A stretch of DNA of 64,000 nucleotides, taken from Abditibacteriota bacterium. GTDB lineage: Bacteria; Armatimonadota; UBA5829. The notes under the pieces are model-generated. The model was given only the letters and a program-made list of their open reading frames with translations. It was not told the origin of the DNA and made no database searches. Positions within the stretch are counted from its first letter, which is position 1. Every line of letters begins with the position of its first letter. Shown here piece by piece: positions 1 through 12,062 of the stretch. A program made the position numbers and the translations under genes. The stretch spans positions 156 to 64,155 of the forward strand of contig JAFSVJ010000090.1 of the NCBI GenBank assembly GCA_017445025.1, given 5' to 3'.

Positions 1-2941
1 TGAAGGTTATAAAGCAGTCCTTCAAGTTCCTAACAATATAGAACTTTATACAGATGATACTTTAACAACAACAGCTCAAAGAAATTATATAATAGGAACA
101 GATACATTACCGACTACATTATATATGAAAGGTATTTCCGGCACAAGCGGAACTTTATCATATTTGTTTAATAACCCAAGCAATAATCTTATCCATAAGG
201 ACAGTGTTCTTATAAATGTTATTTATTGTGATCTTGCAGTTGACAGTAATAATGACGGAACCATAAACCAAACACTAAACGGAAATGATGACTTAATAGA
301 AGAAACAACTCCCGGAATGTATATGCCAAGTAATACAGATGATGATAATGCGAATGGCGTGTATGATTATCTTGATGACATATCAACTGTTATGGGTGAT
401 TCTGACCTTAAAGAATTACGATTACAAGCATATATATTCGGTTATTATATGGGGGGAACAAACCCATATACTGGCTATTATGTGAAACTGACATATTCAA
501 ATAATTTAAAGCTTTATGGTTCAAGAAGTAAGAAAACCGCAAGTTATAATAACGGAATAACAACATATACAGATACTTATGTTCCGAGTAATACTACATG
601 GACTGTGGGAACAGATACACCACCAAACATTTTATATATTGAAGGTTTATCTGACGGATTGGGATATATTGAATATGCTGTATATAATACCAATGATGCG
701 GAAATATATAAAGATACAGTTCTTATAACAGTAGAACCTATTATTGATATGGTAGAATTTCTAACACCAAGCTTAAATCAATCTGTGGGTGGAGTTATAC
801 CTGTCCGAATAAAAAGAACTCAGCGATATAGTAATGCTATAGGTAAATTAATAGTTAAAGAAACTAATTCACATATAAATGATTCTGATCACCCCACTGT
901 GGATTGGGTTGATATGCCGACAAACGAATATGGTTCTTATGTTATAGAAAGCATAACACAAAACCCAACAGACAGAACCACAGAAATAATTTACAGATAC
1001 AAATGGAATACTTTAACAACTCCAATGCCACAGGGTTATTACACAGATAAACAAACACATAACGGTGAACATACAATAAGATATGAATTAACAGATGGTT
1101 TACTGCAAAAACCTCCGGCAGTTCAAATTGTAAACCTTAACAATCTTACAATATCTACCGATAGTGACATACTTGTTTGGAAAGGCTTAGATAAAAATAA
1201 TAATCCTATAGTGACACCTACCATAAATTTAACAGTCAGTGATAATGATACAAATGACCCTTATGATGTGATTGTGACTATTTACCACACCGGAGCTGAA
1301 AACTCCGGAACAACAAACTACAACGGACAAAGCCAGTGGACACCGGTGAAAACTATTTCGCTTTATCATGTAACAGGACCAACTCAAACCATACATTGGA
1401 ATGGGGATGTTGAATCCGGAGTTCTTTCTCAAAATGCATATTCACATAAAAAATATAATACAGAAAGAGAACGATTAAAAACAGATTTAAATCCTTATCC
1501 GACAGTTCCGGCTCCGACAAAAGCAGAACCTTGGACATATACCTATGACATTACTGTGACGCAAACAGACACGGAAACTTATACTTTCCCAAATGAACAA
1601 AACTCTACAGCATGGGCATATCCTGATACAGCTTGGCTAAGAAGCAAATATTTAACAATTCAAAGAGCCAAAGACGAAAATAATAATTATATTTATGATT
1701 CTGAATTTAAAGAATATAATGACAATGGAACAACACAAGACAATGCACAAATAGACCCTATAACAGGTGAATTAGAGGATTTTAGATTAGATGATCAATA
1801 TATTTATTATGTAAAAGCTTTTGCTCTAAAAGATACTTATGTGCAACCTGCAAAGACCGGTTATCTTTTAATGTATGATAATGACTTTAATGTGACGACA
1901 GTTAGCAGCAGTTTATCTGAACAGTGTTTGATTCATAATAGTAATGATTTAAAAGTTGCTTCAACTTCTGGATTAAGTCATAAATTTGAAGTAGCCATTC
2001 CTCATGATGATAAACAATATGCAGGAAGTTATAAATTCCCATTGATTTTAGAAGATAATCACCAAAATAAATATAGAAATCATTTATCAAAAAAAGCTAA
2101 TAATCTTGACTATGAAAATACTAATAATTCTTTATTTATATATGGTTATTGGGAACCCCCTGATCTACATGGATTTAGTTATAATCCAAGACCTTTGGCA
2201 AACAGAACATACGAATTATTACATCAACATGGTTTTGGTGGTTGGAAAGCAGACGATGGTAGTCCTACAAACTTTCATGGTGGAGCAAGTGGATTAACCT
2301 TTGATATTAATACTTTTGAAGTTTTACATACGTTAAATACATTATGTCCTGATTGTTCATCACCTAATGCTTCTCCACCAATAAATAAACATGCTAATAA
2401 AATATGGATTTATTATGGACATGGGGTTAATTTTTCTGAACATACTGAAAAGGATTTACAAGAAGCAAGAAAATTTTATTTTGAATCTCATATAAACACA
2501 AACGATTATAAATATTTATATTTGAATGGAAGTGTTTCAAGATTACATAAATTTGATTCTAATAATAATCCTATAGATCTTGATATTCAGCCGGGAGATT
2601 TATCTAATATGTCTTTTGCTTATATATTTGGTTGTAATACCGGAAAAAGCTATTGTCTTGCAGATACTTTAGTTAGTTATTTTGGAGTAAAAGCTTCTCT
2701 TGGCTTTAAATATCCTGTTTTTGCAGCTGATAAATTTGATTGTTTTGATTATCATTTTTGGCTAAATATTACTATGCATAAATCATTGCAAGATGCTCTT
2801 AACGCTGCTATTGACTCTGCAAATGATTTATATAATAAAGATATATATTATAAACTTTATGACGAAAATGATAATGAATATTATTATTTATCAATATTTG
2901 AACCGGTATTATATGGTGATAAAAGTCAAAAATTATATTAA
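1..2941 (+). CDS. Large secreted/surface protein, 5'-truncated by the window edge. It has repeated beta-rich modules and a C-terminal domain with a candidate His/Cys dyad.
   Basis: The frame of ORF 125..2941 stays open back to nt 2 (EGYKAVLQVPNN...). An internal module recurs (..TLYMKGISGTSGTLSYLF..KDSVLINV vs ..ILYIEGLSDGLGYIEYAV..KDTVLITV). A Ca-loop-like motif DSNNDGTIN is present. The C-terminus carries YYGHG and IFGCNTG. Confidence 0.7.
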   Translation, partial: EGYKAVLQVPNNIELYTDDTLTTTAQRNYIIGTDTLPTTLYMKGISGTSGTLSYLFNNPSNNLIHKDSVLINVIYCDLAVDSNNDGTINQTLNGNDDLIEETTPGMYMPSNTDDDNANGVYDYLDDISTVMGDSDLKELRLQAYIFGYYMGGTNPYTGYYVKLTYSNNLKLYGSRSKKTASYNNGITTYTDTYVPSNTTWTVGTDTPPNILYIEGLSDGLGYIEYAVYNTNDAEIYKDTVLITVEPIIDMVEFLTPSLNQSVGGVIPVRIKRTQRYSNAIGKLIVKETNSHINDSDHPTVDWVDMPTNEYGSYVIESITQNPTDRTTEIIYRYKWNTLTTPMPQGYYTDKQTHNGEHTIRYELTDGLLQKPPAVQIVNLNNLTISTDSDILVWKGLDKNNNPIVTPTINLTVSDNDTNDPYDVIVTIYHTGAENSGTTNYNGQSQWTPVKTISLYHVTGPTQTIHWNGDVESGVLSQNAYSHKKYNTERERLKTDLNPYPTVPAPTKAEPWTYTYDITVTQTDTETYTFPNEQNSTAWAYPDTAWLRSKYLTIQRAKDENNNYIYDSEFKEYNDNGTTQDNAQIDPITGELEDFRLDDQYIYYVKAFALKDTYVQPAKTGYLLMYDNDFNVTTVSSSLSEQCLIHNSNDLKVASTSGLSHKFEVAIPHDDKQYAGSYKFPLILEDNHQNKYRNHLSKKANNLDYENTNNSLFIYGYWEPPDLHGFSYNPRPLANRTYELLHQHGFGGWKADDGSPTNFHGGASGLTFDINTFEVLHTLNTLCPDCSSPNASPPINKHANKIWIYYGHGVNFSEHTEKDLQEARKFYFESHINTNDYKYLYLNGSVSRLHKFDSNNNPIDLDIQPGDLSNMSFAYIFGCNTGKSYCLADTLVSYFGVKASLGFKYPVFAADKFDCFDYHFWLNITMHKSLQDALNAAIDSANDLYNKDIYYKLYDENDNEYYYLSIFEPVLYGDKSQKLY

Positions 2942-2953
2942 GAGGTAATTAAA

Positions 2954-4126
2954 ATGAAAAGAATTATACAATTATTAATTTTATTAATCTTATCAACGGT
3001 TGTTTATTCACAACAATTAACAAATGAACAAGTAATTCAAATGGTTAAGGATTATGAGAATAATCAAAATCTATCAAATTTAACAGTTAGTTATATGAAT
3101 GGATATGAATCTAATCCGGGATTTTATCAGGTATGTTTAACAAATTATAGTATTAATCTCAGTAAAACCTGGTTTGTGTATGATAATATTGGAGTAACCA
3201 CTTACATAAATAATCCGGAAATATATATGGGTAATGACTTAGTTAATAATGATTATTCTGAAGGGAATGTTAATTATACAAAAGAACAATGTAAAACCAT
3301 AGGCTTAAATTATTTAAACAATAAAAATATTTCATTAATCGGATGTGTCAATGAACCTATTGTTAGTTGGGAAAACAATGGTTGTTATAAATTTGCTTTT
3401 TATAAATTAATTGATGCTGATTTGGATTTACGATATATTTCTGTTGTTATTTGTGTTAATGCTTTTACAGGAAATATTGCAAGGTGCAAAAAATCATTAA
3501 AACCCATCTTTACCATAGTAAACAGACCAAGTTTGACCATTCCTCAAGTTATTCAAATTGTCCAGCAGAATTTTGATAATATTCAAAGTAATCAAATAAA
3601 AATAAGTAACTATTATATAAATAATACAAATGATTCTATATACAGAGATGCTCATGTTGGAGATTTAGGTGTTGCGGAAATAGACGCTTACACTCATGAA
3701 ATAGTTAAATTTAATGTATACGGAGGTGCTACTATTAATTCAAATAATCCTTCATTTAATAAATTAAAAATAACACCAGCAAAAAGTAGTAATGGCATAA
3801 AAATTTTAACAAAAGAAGATATTGAAAATATGGGTGTAGAAAATAGTAGTATTAATCTCATATTATATAATACAGAAAATCCTAAAGAAATTAAATACAC
3901 AAAATTATCTAATAATTATAAAATTAATAAAGATGATAAAGGCATAGCACGAATGGAAGTAAACGGTAATAAGTTTATATTCCGAAACGGTTCATACTGG
4001 TGTTTTATCAACAATAAAACCTACAATATGGGTGGAAATTGTATAATAGAGAACGGCAAACTCAAACTTCCGGAAGAGTTTTATAAAAAAGTTCAAGATA
4101 AGGATTACCAATTTTTCAAAAAGTAA
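2954..4126 (+). CDS. Hypothetical secreted protein
   Basis: 390-aa ORF with an N-terminal signal-like segment (MKRIIQLLILLILSTVVYSQ). It starts 13 nt after the upstream stop. No family recognised. Confidence 0.6.
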   Translation: MKRIIQLLILLILSTVVYSQQLTNEQVIQMVKDYENNQNLSNLTVSYMNGYESNPGFYQVCLTNYSINLSKTWFVYDNIGVTTYINNPEIYMGNDLVNNDYSEGNVNYTKEQCKTIGLNYLNNKNISLIGCVNEPIVSWENNGCYKFAFYKLIDADLDLRYISVVICVNAFTGNIARCKKSLKPIFTIVNRPSLTIPQVIQIVQQNFDNIQSNQIKISNYYINNTNDSIYRDAHVGDLGVAEIDAYTHEIVKFNVYGGATINSNNPSFNKLKITPAKSSNGIKILTKEDIENMGVENSSINLILYNTENPKEIKYTKLSNNYKINKDDKGIARMEVNGNKFIFRNGSYWCFINNKTYNMGGNCIIENGKLKLPEEFYKKVQDKDYQFFKK

Positions 4127-4150
4127 GATATGTTTATTTATAATAACATA

Positions 4151-4173
4151 GGCAGGAGTTTCCTGCCTTTTTT
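4151..4173 (+). terminator. Rho-independent terminator
   Basis: GGCAGGA-gtt-TCCTGCC followed by TTTTTT. Confidence 0.75.
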
Positions 4174-4270
4174 ATATATCTTTATTATTTTTTACCTTCT
4201 CTTGTTTTCAAACAGTTTATCTTTATGATATGATATTTATGTTCTTAAACTTGATTTTTCTATAAAAAAA

Positions 4271-4279
4271 TGGTATAAT
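4271..4279 (+). promoter_or_regulatory. Extended -10 (TGGTATAAT) upstream of the atp operon
   Basis: Exact TGGTATAAT lies 18 nt before the atpZ ATG. The implied leader is very short, so use of this site is uncertain. Confidence 0.4.
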
Positions 4280-4296
4280 ATATTAGGTGTAATGTT

Positions 4297-4554
4297 ATGA
4301 GTGATAATCCTTATAAACCCGGTTATAAAAAAAAACGAGATGAAAAAGATATTAAATCCCTTAAAAGTGATATGAATTTTCTTTCGGGGGGACTTAATAT
4401 TTTGGTTTGTTTTCTTCTCTGCGGGGGTATAGGATACTTTATTGATAAAAGGTATGGAACCGAAGTTTGGACCGAGAGAGGGGCAATATTTGGTTTGATT
4501 GTAGGGATTTACTATTTTGTGAAACTCATAATCGATGCCTTTAAGAATAAATAA
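4297..4554 (+). CDS. atpZ: AtpZ/AtpI-family small membrane protein (F0F1 accessory)
   Basis: 85 aa with a basic N-terminus and two TM helices (GGLNILVCFLLCGGIGYFIDKRYG..). It is the first gene of the atp operon. Confidence 0.6.
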   Translation: MSDNPYKPGYKKKRDEKDIKSLKSDMNFLSGGLNILVCFLLCGGIGYFIDKRYGTEVWTERGAIFGLIVGIYYFVKLIIDAFKNK

Positions 4555-4981
4555 TATGATAAGAATTAAGAATGTAATTAAAGTTTCTGTATATGTGACT
4601 GTCCTATCCGCCATAATATTTTTGTTTATACCTATGTTTGGGTATCTTTTCTCTTTGGGTATTATTATTGGCGGTTTGGTAGCTTTATTTGACTTTTGGT
4701 TAATTATAGGAACTGTGGGAAATCTGAAAAAGTCTATGGAAGACTCTTCTGTTATGCTTAGGTTCGGTCTTCTCTTTGTGGCTAAAACGATTTTTCTTTT
4801 ACTTTTATTGGCTGCCATAGTTTTTGTTTTGGCAAGAATAGGGCAAATTATTACTTTTGGCTTTTTGGCCGGGCTGTTTGTAATTCCTTTATCTATTTTT
4901 ATAACAGCTTTTTCAAAACCGAAAGAAGATGAAATTGTTATTCCGAAATCAACGGATGATGATATAGAATTGGAGAAGTAA
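4535..4981 (+). CDS. atpI: ATP synthase subunit I-like membrane protein
   Basis: Polytopic hydrophobic ORF directly upstream of atpB. The start may instead be the ATG at 4556, just after the atpZ stop. Confidence 0.5.
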   Translation: MPLRINNMIRIKNVIKVSVYVTVLSAIIFLFIPMFGYLFSLGIIIGGLVALFDFWLIIGTVGNLKKSMEDSSVMLRFGLLFVAKTIFLLLLLAAIVFVLARIGQIITFGFLAGLFVIPLSIFITAFSKPKEDEIVIPKSTDDDIELEK

Positions 4982-5698
4982 ATGGATGGTGGAGCAAAGC
5001 TTCCCGAATATCAATCTTGGTTAGCTTTTTTATATAAACTTGGAGTTCCGGAATGGATTCCCGACACATGCCTTTTATTTGTCTTTGTAGTATTGTGTCT
5101 GTGTATTTTTGCTATCTTTGCGGGCAGAAACCTTTCTCTGCGACAACCGGGTAAATTACAAATATTTGTGGAATGGATGGTTCAAAGCCTTTCAGATTTT
5201 GTGGAAAGTATATGTCCTTCCGAGAAAAAGATTTTAACCCCTGTTTTAAGTGCTTTGTTCCTATTTATCTTATGTTCAAATTATATAGGAAACATTCCCG
5301 GTTTTATATCTCCCACCAAAAGCCCCTTAACCACAGGAACCTTGGCGGTTATGGCTTTTATCTTTATTCAATTTATGGGATTTTACAGACAAGGATTTAA
5401 ATATTTAATGCATTTTGTGGGGGAACCTGTATGGCTTTTCCCAATTAATATACCTATTCATATTATGGGTGAGGTTGCCAAACCTATTTCTCTTTGTTGT
5501 CGTCTTTACGGAAATATCTACGGAGAGGAAATGGTGGTGACAGTTTTAATATTTTTGGCAATAGGAGTTTTGAAAGCTCCTTGGCTTCCCTTGCAATTGC
5601 CTTTGCAATTTTTGGGACTTTTAACCGGATTCATTCAAGCATTTGTATTTACATTGCTTGTGGGAATATATGTCAGTATGGCAGTTAGTCATGAATAA
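4982..5698 (+). CDS. atpB: F0 ATP synthase subunit a
   Basis: 238 aa, polytopic, with the conserved Arg-containing region (ISLCCRLYGNIYGEE) and the expected operon position. Confidence 0.9.
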   Translation: MDGGAKLPEYQSWLAFLYKLGVPEWIPDTCLLFVFVVLCLCIFAIFAGRNLSLRQPGKLQIFVEWMVQSLSDFVESICPSEKKILTPVLSALFLFILCSNYIGNIPGFISPTKSPLTTGTLAVMAFIFIQFMGFYRQGFKYLMHFVGEPVWLFPINIPIHIMGEVAKPISLCCRLYGNIYGEEMVVTVLIFLAIGVLKAPWLPLQLPLQFLGLLTGFIQAFVFTLLVGIYVSMAVSHE

Positions 5699-5716
5699 TC
5701 ATTACGGAGGATTACA

Positions 5717-5980
5717 ATGAGTGTATTGGTAGCAATTGCTTTTGCAATTGGATTTGGCCTTCCCATTGCAGCTTTTGGCTGTGGTATCGGACAGGGCCTG
5801 GCTGTTAAGGGTGCTATGGAAAGTATGGCAAGACAACCTGAACTTGCTTCTAAAATTCAGTCAGCTATGATTATAGGTTTGGCTTTGATCGAATCTTTGA
5901 CTATTTACGCTTTCGTTATAGCTTTGATTTTACTCTTTATGGGTATTCCTTGGGCCAAATCAGTTATTCTTGCACAATAA
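5717..5980 (+). CDS. atpE: F0 ATP synthase subunit c
   Basis: 87-aa helical hairpin with GIGQG, the loop RQPE and the carboxylate motif LIESLTIY. Confidence 0.95.
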   Translation: MSVLVAIAFAIGFGLPIAAFGCGIGQGLAVKGAMESMARQPELASKIQSAMIIGLALIESLTIYAFVIALILLFMGIPWAKSVILAQ

Positions 5981-6012
5981 GGTTTCAAAAATATTTGAAA
6001 CGGAAGGAAAAA

Positions 6013-6576
6013 ATGAAATATTTAATTTCTCTTTATCTGCTACTTATGAGTTGTGCCGTTTTTGCGGAAGGAGAAGAGGAAATTGCTCCTATATGGCAAC
6101 AGGGCACTGTCATTGTCATTCAAGTCATAAGTATTCTTATCTTAATATTTGTTCTTTATAAGTTTCTCTTTATTCCCATAATGGAAAGTATAGAAACCAG
6201 ACAAAAACAAATTGCCGACGCTTACACAGAAGCCGAAGATTCAAAAAAAGAATACGAAGACAAAAAGGCTGAATTTGAGAATATGATTAAGCTGGCAGAT
6301 GAGGAAGTAGCGGAAAAGCTCAAACAAGCTCTTAAGGATGCCAACGCTATTAAAGACAGAAAAATAGAAGAAGCAAACCTTGAGATTAAAAGAAAAACCG
6401 AGCTTGCCGAAAATAATATAATGAATGAAAAAGAAAAAGCATTATCAGAGCTTAAGGAACAAACAGGTGCCTTGGGTGTTCAAATTGCTTCTAAAATATT
6501 AAACGAAGAATTGACTCCCCAAAAGCACGAAAGCCTTATCAATAATTTTATAAAGGATTTGGATAATGAGGCTTAA
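6013..6576 (+). CDS. atpF: F0 ATP synthase subunit b
   Basis: The ATG at 6013 follows GGAAGGA. One N-terminal TM is followed by a long charged coiled coil. The longer ORF from 5950 overlaps atpE and is unlikely. Confidence 0.85.
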   Translation: MKYLISLYLLLMSCAVFAEGEEEIAPIWQQGTVIVIQVISILILIFVLYKFLFIPIMESIETRQKQIADAYTEAEDSKKEYEDKKAEFENMIKLADEEVAEKLKQALKDANAIKDRKIEEANLEIKRKTELAENNIMNEKEKALSELKEQTGALGVQIASKILNEELTPQKHESLINNFIKDLDNEA

Positions 6577-7102
6577 TTCCTTAGCTCGAAGATATGCTCA
6601 AGCCATATTTAACTCTGCCAAAGATCACAACTTAACGGATGTGATTATGACAGACTTGTCTCTGGTGGAGAGAGTATCAAAAGAGAATAATGATTTTCTT
6701 AAAATTTTGTCTTCTCCCGTCGTATTAAAGGAGAAGAAAAAAGCAATAATTAAAGACCTGTTTGAAGGAAAAATCAATGACTTGACATTGGATTTTATAA
6801 TGCTTGTCATTGATAAGGACAGGGAATATGTGCTTTTGATAATAAAAGACGAATTTGAGAAACTCCATAACGAAGCCAATTCCTTATCAACTTTAATAGT
6901 AGAAAGTGTTTTAGAGCTTAATGAAGCTCAGGTTTCCGAGATAAAATCTATTATGGAAAGAAAACTTTCTAAAAAATTTACTGTGGAAACAAGAATAAAT
7001 CCGGAGCTTATAGGCGGAGTTAGATTGCTCTTTGACGACAATGTTATTGACGGATCCGTTAAAGAGAAACTTTCTCAAATTGAAGAAGCACTTATAAAAT
7101 AG
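6566..7102 (+). CDS. atpH: F1 ATP synthase subunit delta (OSCP)
   Basis: 178 aa, N-terminus ARRYAQAIF, C-terminus ELIGGVRL..DGSV, in the expected operon position. Confidence 0.85.
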   Translation: MRLNSLARRYAQAIFNSAKDHNLTDVIMTDLSLVERVSKENNDFLKILSSPVVLKEKKKAIIKDLFEGKINDLTLDFIMLVIDKDREYVLLIIKDEFEKLHNEANSLSTLIVESVLELNEAQVSEIKSIMERKLSKKFTVETRINPELIGGVRLLFDDNVIDGSVKEKLSQIEEALIK

Positions 7103-7115
7103 TGAATAATTTCCC

Positions 7116-7530
7116 AAATCACAAATCACAAAATTGTGGTGCTACGCACCACTTATGTTAGTGGGCTCTAAATTTTAAGGCTGGCTATGGTTGATTGACT
7201 TCACCCTCTTTCTCATCCCAAAAAGTGTCGTAAACTCCACTTTTAGGGAACCCTGAGAATTGAACTGAAATTTGCACACAGTTGCAAATTTCCTTTCAAG
7301 GACCCACTCCCAAAAAATCAAAGATTTTTCGGGAACCCTTGGGTCACCCACCCGCCCGGGTTGTATTTTTGATTTGCATGGGACTGCAAATCAAAAAGAG
7401 AGGATTAGCACATACTCAAACTTTTCAGATTCGCAATTTTCCTTTCAAGGACCCATTCGAGCCATAAATTGTGTATTAATTTTGTAATTTGGAAGAGTAG
7501 CCCTTAACTTTAAGGTTGGAGGGTGAATTT
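7116..7530. repeat. Composite mosaic hairpin-repeat cluster in the atpH-atpA spacer
   Basis: It begins AAATCACAAATCACAAA followed by the hairpin GTGGTGC-tac-GCACCAC. The next ~50 nt are nearly identical to 22232..22280. The interior holds reverse-oriented relatives of the 54855..55066 / 62909..63220 unit (GAAATTTGCAcacagTTGCAAATTTCCTTTCAAGGA, CTTCACCCTC). Confidence 0.8.
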
Positions 7531-7541
7531 GGAGTTTTAAG

Positions 7542-9053
7542 ATGGCTAATGTAAATATTACTCCCGATGAAGTTGCATCTGTTTTGCAAAGTAATCTGGA
7601 AAATTATAAAGAAACCATAACCAAGTCATCTACCGGTGTGGTTCTGCAAGTGACTGACGGTATTGCAAGAATTTATGGATTGCAAGACGCCATGATGAGT
7701 GAGCTTGTAGAGTTCCCCAACGGTGTGGAAGGTATGATACTTAACCTTGAAGAAGATAATGTGGGTGTTATCATTATGGGTGACGCCAACGGTATCAGTG
7801 AAGGTGACGAGGTTAAAAGAACCGGCAGAATTATTGACGTTCCCGTAGGCGAAGCTATGCTTGGCAGAGTTGTCAATGCCTTAGGTGAGCCTGTGGACGG
7901 AAAAGGCCCCATTATTACAGATAAAAGAAGAAATATTGAAGTAAAAGCCCCCGGTGTTGTTGAGCGTCAGCCTGTGCGTGAAGCTCTTCTCACGGGAATA
8001 AAAGCTATTGACTCTATGATTCCTATAGGTCGTGGTCAGAGAGAACTTATCATTGGGGACCGACAGACGGGAAAGACTGCCATAGCCATTGATACCATCT
8101 TGAGACAAAAAGATCAAGATGTGGTTTGTATTTATGTTGCTATCGGTCAAAAACTTTCCACTGTGGCTTCTATTGTAAACACTCTTGAAAAGTATGATGC
8201 TCTCAAATATTCTATAGTTATTTCCGCTTCTGCCTCTGAGGTTGCACCACTTCAATATATTGCTCCTTATGCAGGTTGTGCTATGGGTGAATATTTCAGA
8301 GATAACAAAAAGCATGCTCTTATTATTTACGATGACCTTTCCAAGCACGCTGTAGCTTATCGTGAAGTGTCACTGTTGCTCAGAAGACCCCCGGGAAGAG
8401 AAGCTTATCCCGGTGATATTTTCTATCTTCACTCAAGATTATTGGAGAGAGCCGCTAAGCTTTCAAACGAGCTTGGTGGAGGTTCTTTGACAGCCTTGCC
8501 TATTATTGAAACACAGGCAGGTGATATTTCCGCATATATTCCTACCAATATTATTTCCATTACCGACGGACAGATTTTCCTTGAAACAGATCTGTTCTAC
8601 TCCGGTGTTCGTCCCGCCATTAACATAGGTCAATCCGTATCCCGTGTTGGTTCTTCCGCTCAAAAGAAAGCTATGAAGAAAGTAACCGGTGCTTTGAAAA
8701 TTGACTTGGCAAGATATTGGGATATTCAAGGATTTGCTCAATTCTCTTCCGATCTTGATCAGGCAACAGCCAATCAGCTTAACCGTGGTAAGAGAATTGT
8801 GGGAATATTAAATCAAGGTCAATATCACCCATATACCTTGGCAAACGAGTGTTTTATTATATATTCCGTTACCAATGGTTTTTTGGATGATGTGCCTGAA
8901 ACAGAGTGTCTCGTTTTTGAAGAACAGCTCTTTGAGTTTATGGCAAACAAATATCCGGACTTGGTGGAAGGTATAGAAAAGACCGGTGAGATAAAGGATT
9001 TTGATTATCTTAACAAGGCTGTGACTGAGTTTAAGTCTCAGTTTAAGGCATAA
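7542..9053 (+). CDS. atpA: F1 ATP synthase subunit alpha
   Basis: 503 aa with Walker A GDRQTGKT and typical alpha-subunit sequence throughout. Confidence 0.97.
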   Translation: MANVNITPDEVASVLQSNLENYKETITKSSTGVVLQVTDGIARIYGLQDAMMSELVEFPNGVEGMILNLEEDNVGVIIMGDANGISEGDEVKRTGRIIDVPVGEAMLGRVVNALGEPVDGKGPIITDKRRNIEVKAPGVVERQPVREALLTGIKAIDSMIPIGRGQRELIIGDRQTGKTAIAIDTILRQKDQDVVCIYVAIGQKLSTVASIVNTLEKYDALKYSIVISASASEVAPLQYIAPYAGCAMGEYFRDNKKHALIIYDDLSKHAVAYREVSLLLRRPPGREAYPGDIFYLHSRLLERAAKLSNELGGGSLTALPIIETQAGDISAYIPTNIISITDGQIFLETDLFYSGVRPAINIGQSVSRVGSSAQKKAMKKVTGALKIDLARYWDIQGFAQFSSDLDQATANQLNRGKRIVGILNQGQYHPYTLANECFIIYSVTNGFLDDVPETECLVFEEQLFEFMANKYPDLVEGIEKTGEIKDFDYLNKAVTEFKSQFKA

Positions 9054-9100
9054 GAACGAAAATATTAAAAAATAATTTTAGAAAATATAGTTAATAAACA

Positions 9101-10072
9101 ATGACTAATACCAAAGAATTAAAAAAGAGACTGAAGTCTATACAGGGCATTGAAAATATCACTCAAGCCATGAAAATGGTTGCCACAGCAAGAGTGAAAA
9201 AGTTTCAAGCCCTCGCATTGGACGGAGCTCCATATTCGGAATTTTTACAGAAACTTATAGGTGATTTGGCAGTTAATTCTACCGATGTTTTGTCACCTCT
9301 GTTTAAAAAGAGCGATACCAACAACAAAGCTCTCTATATTGTTATGGGGGCTGATGGAGGAATGTGTGGTTCTTTTAACAATTCCGTTATGAACAAAGCT
9401 ATGGAAAGAATTAAAAGAAGACTTTCCGAAGGTCACAAAGTAAAGGTCATTTGTGTTGGAAAAAAGTGTAAACAATTCTTTGATGCTCTTGCAAAGAGAG
9501 AGAAGAATTTAGAAATAGTAGATTATTATATCGAATATGGTGCAAATATTCACGAAGAAAAAATATATGCACTGGCAACAAAGGCAAGGGATATGTTCTT
9601 ATCCGGTAAAGTGGATGTGGTTCGTTTGGTTTACGCAAAGTATAAAAATGCCATGAGTCAAATACCTATTGTGGTAAATTACTTGCCTATTGATAAGAAT
9701 AATACCAACATTTTAAAACAAAAAAGTGAAGTTGCAAAGGAAGGAGAGAGAGATTATACAGGTCAGATATTTAATGATACAGTAGGTACCATGTTGCATC
9801 ACCAAATATTAAAGAAATCCAATGTAATTTTTGAGCCTAATGTGACATCAATAATCGAAGCTCTTGTTCCTAAGTATTTAAACAATGTTATTTATCACGC
9901 TGTTATAGAGTCTATGGCAAGTGAATTCGGAGCTAAAATGACAGCTATGACAGCCGCCAACCAAAACGCACAGGATATTATTCAAGAATTATCTCTTGAG
10001 TTTAACAAAATCAGACAGACAAGCATTACAAATCAGCTTATTGATATTGTTAATGGTGGTAATGCCCAATAA
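9101..10072 (+). CDS. atpG: F1 ATP synthase subunit gamma
   Basis: 323 aa, N-terminus LKKRLKSIQGIENITQAMKMVA, C-terminus ITNQLIDIVNGG. Confidence 0.93.
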   Translation: MTNTKELKKRLKSIQGIENITQAMKMVATARVKKFQALALDGAPYSEFLQKLIGDLAVNSTDVLSPLFKKSDTNNKALYIVMGADGGMCGSFNNSVMNKAMERIKRRLSEGHKVKVICVGKKCKQFFDALAKREKNLEIVDYYIEYGANIHEEKIYALATKARDMFLSGKVDVVRLVYAKYKNAMSQIPIVVNYLPIDKNNTNILKQKSEVAKEGERDYTGQIFNDTVGTMLHHQILKKSNVIFEPNVTSIIEALVPKYLNNVIYHAVIESMASEFGAKMTAMTAANQNAQDIIQELSLEFNKIRQTSITNQLIDIVNGGNAQ

Positions 10073-12059
<1,987 letters not shown>

Positions 12060-12062
12060 CAG

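Noticed and set aside
4237-4818. 193-aa ORF on the minus strand opposite atpZ/atpI
   Set aside because: It is an antisense shadow of two co-oriented atp genes. It is low-complexity, has no RBS and conflicts with the conserved operon.
7116-7134. Heptad and octamer tandem arrays (also at 10074, 10617, 22175, 22335, 31249, 31525 and 62835) considered as a possible CRISPR array or iterons
   Set aside because: The units are 7-8 nt with no spacers and only 2-7 copies. They always sit at the ends of hairpin-repeat elements. There are no cas genes or 25-40-nt repeats in the window.
7272-7487. Two overlapping 61-71-aa ORFs inside the atpH-atpA spacer
   Set aside because: They lie entirely in mosaic repeat DNA whose modules recur in both orientations elsewhere. 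They have no RBS, and the reading frames are not conserved between repeat copies.
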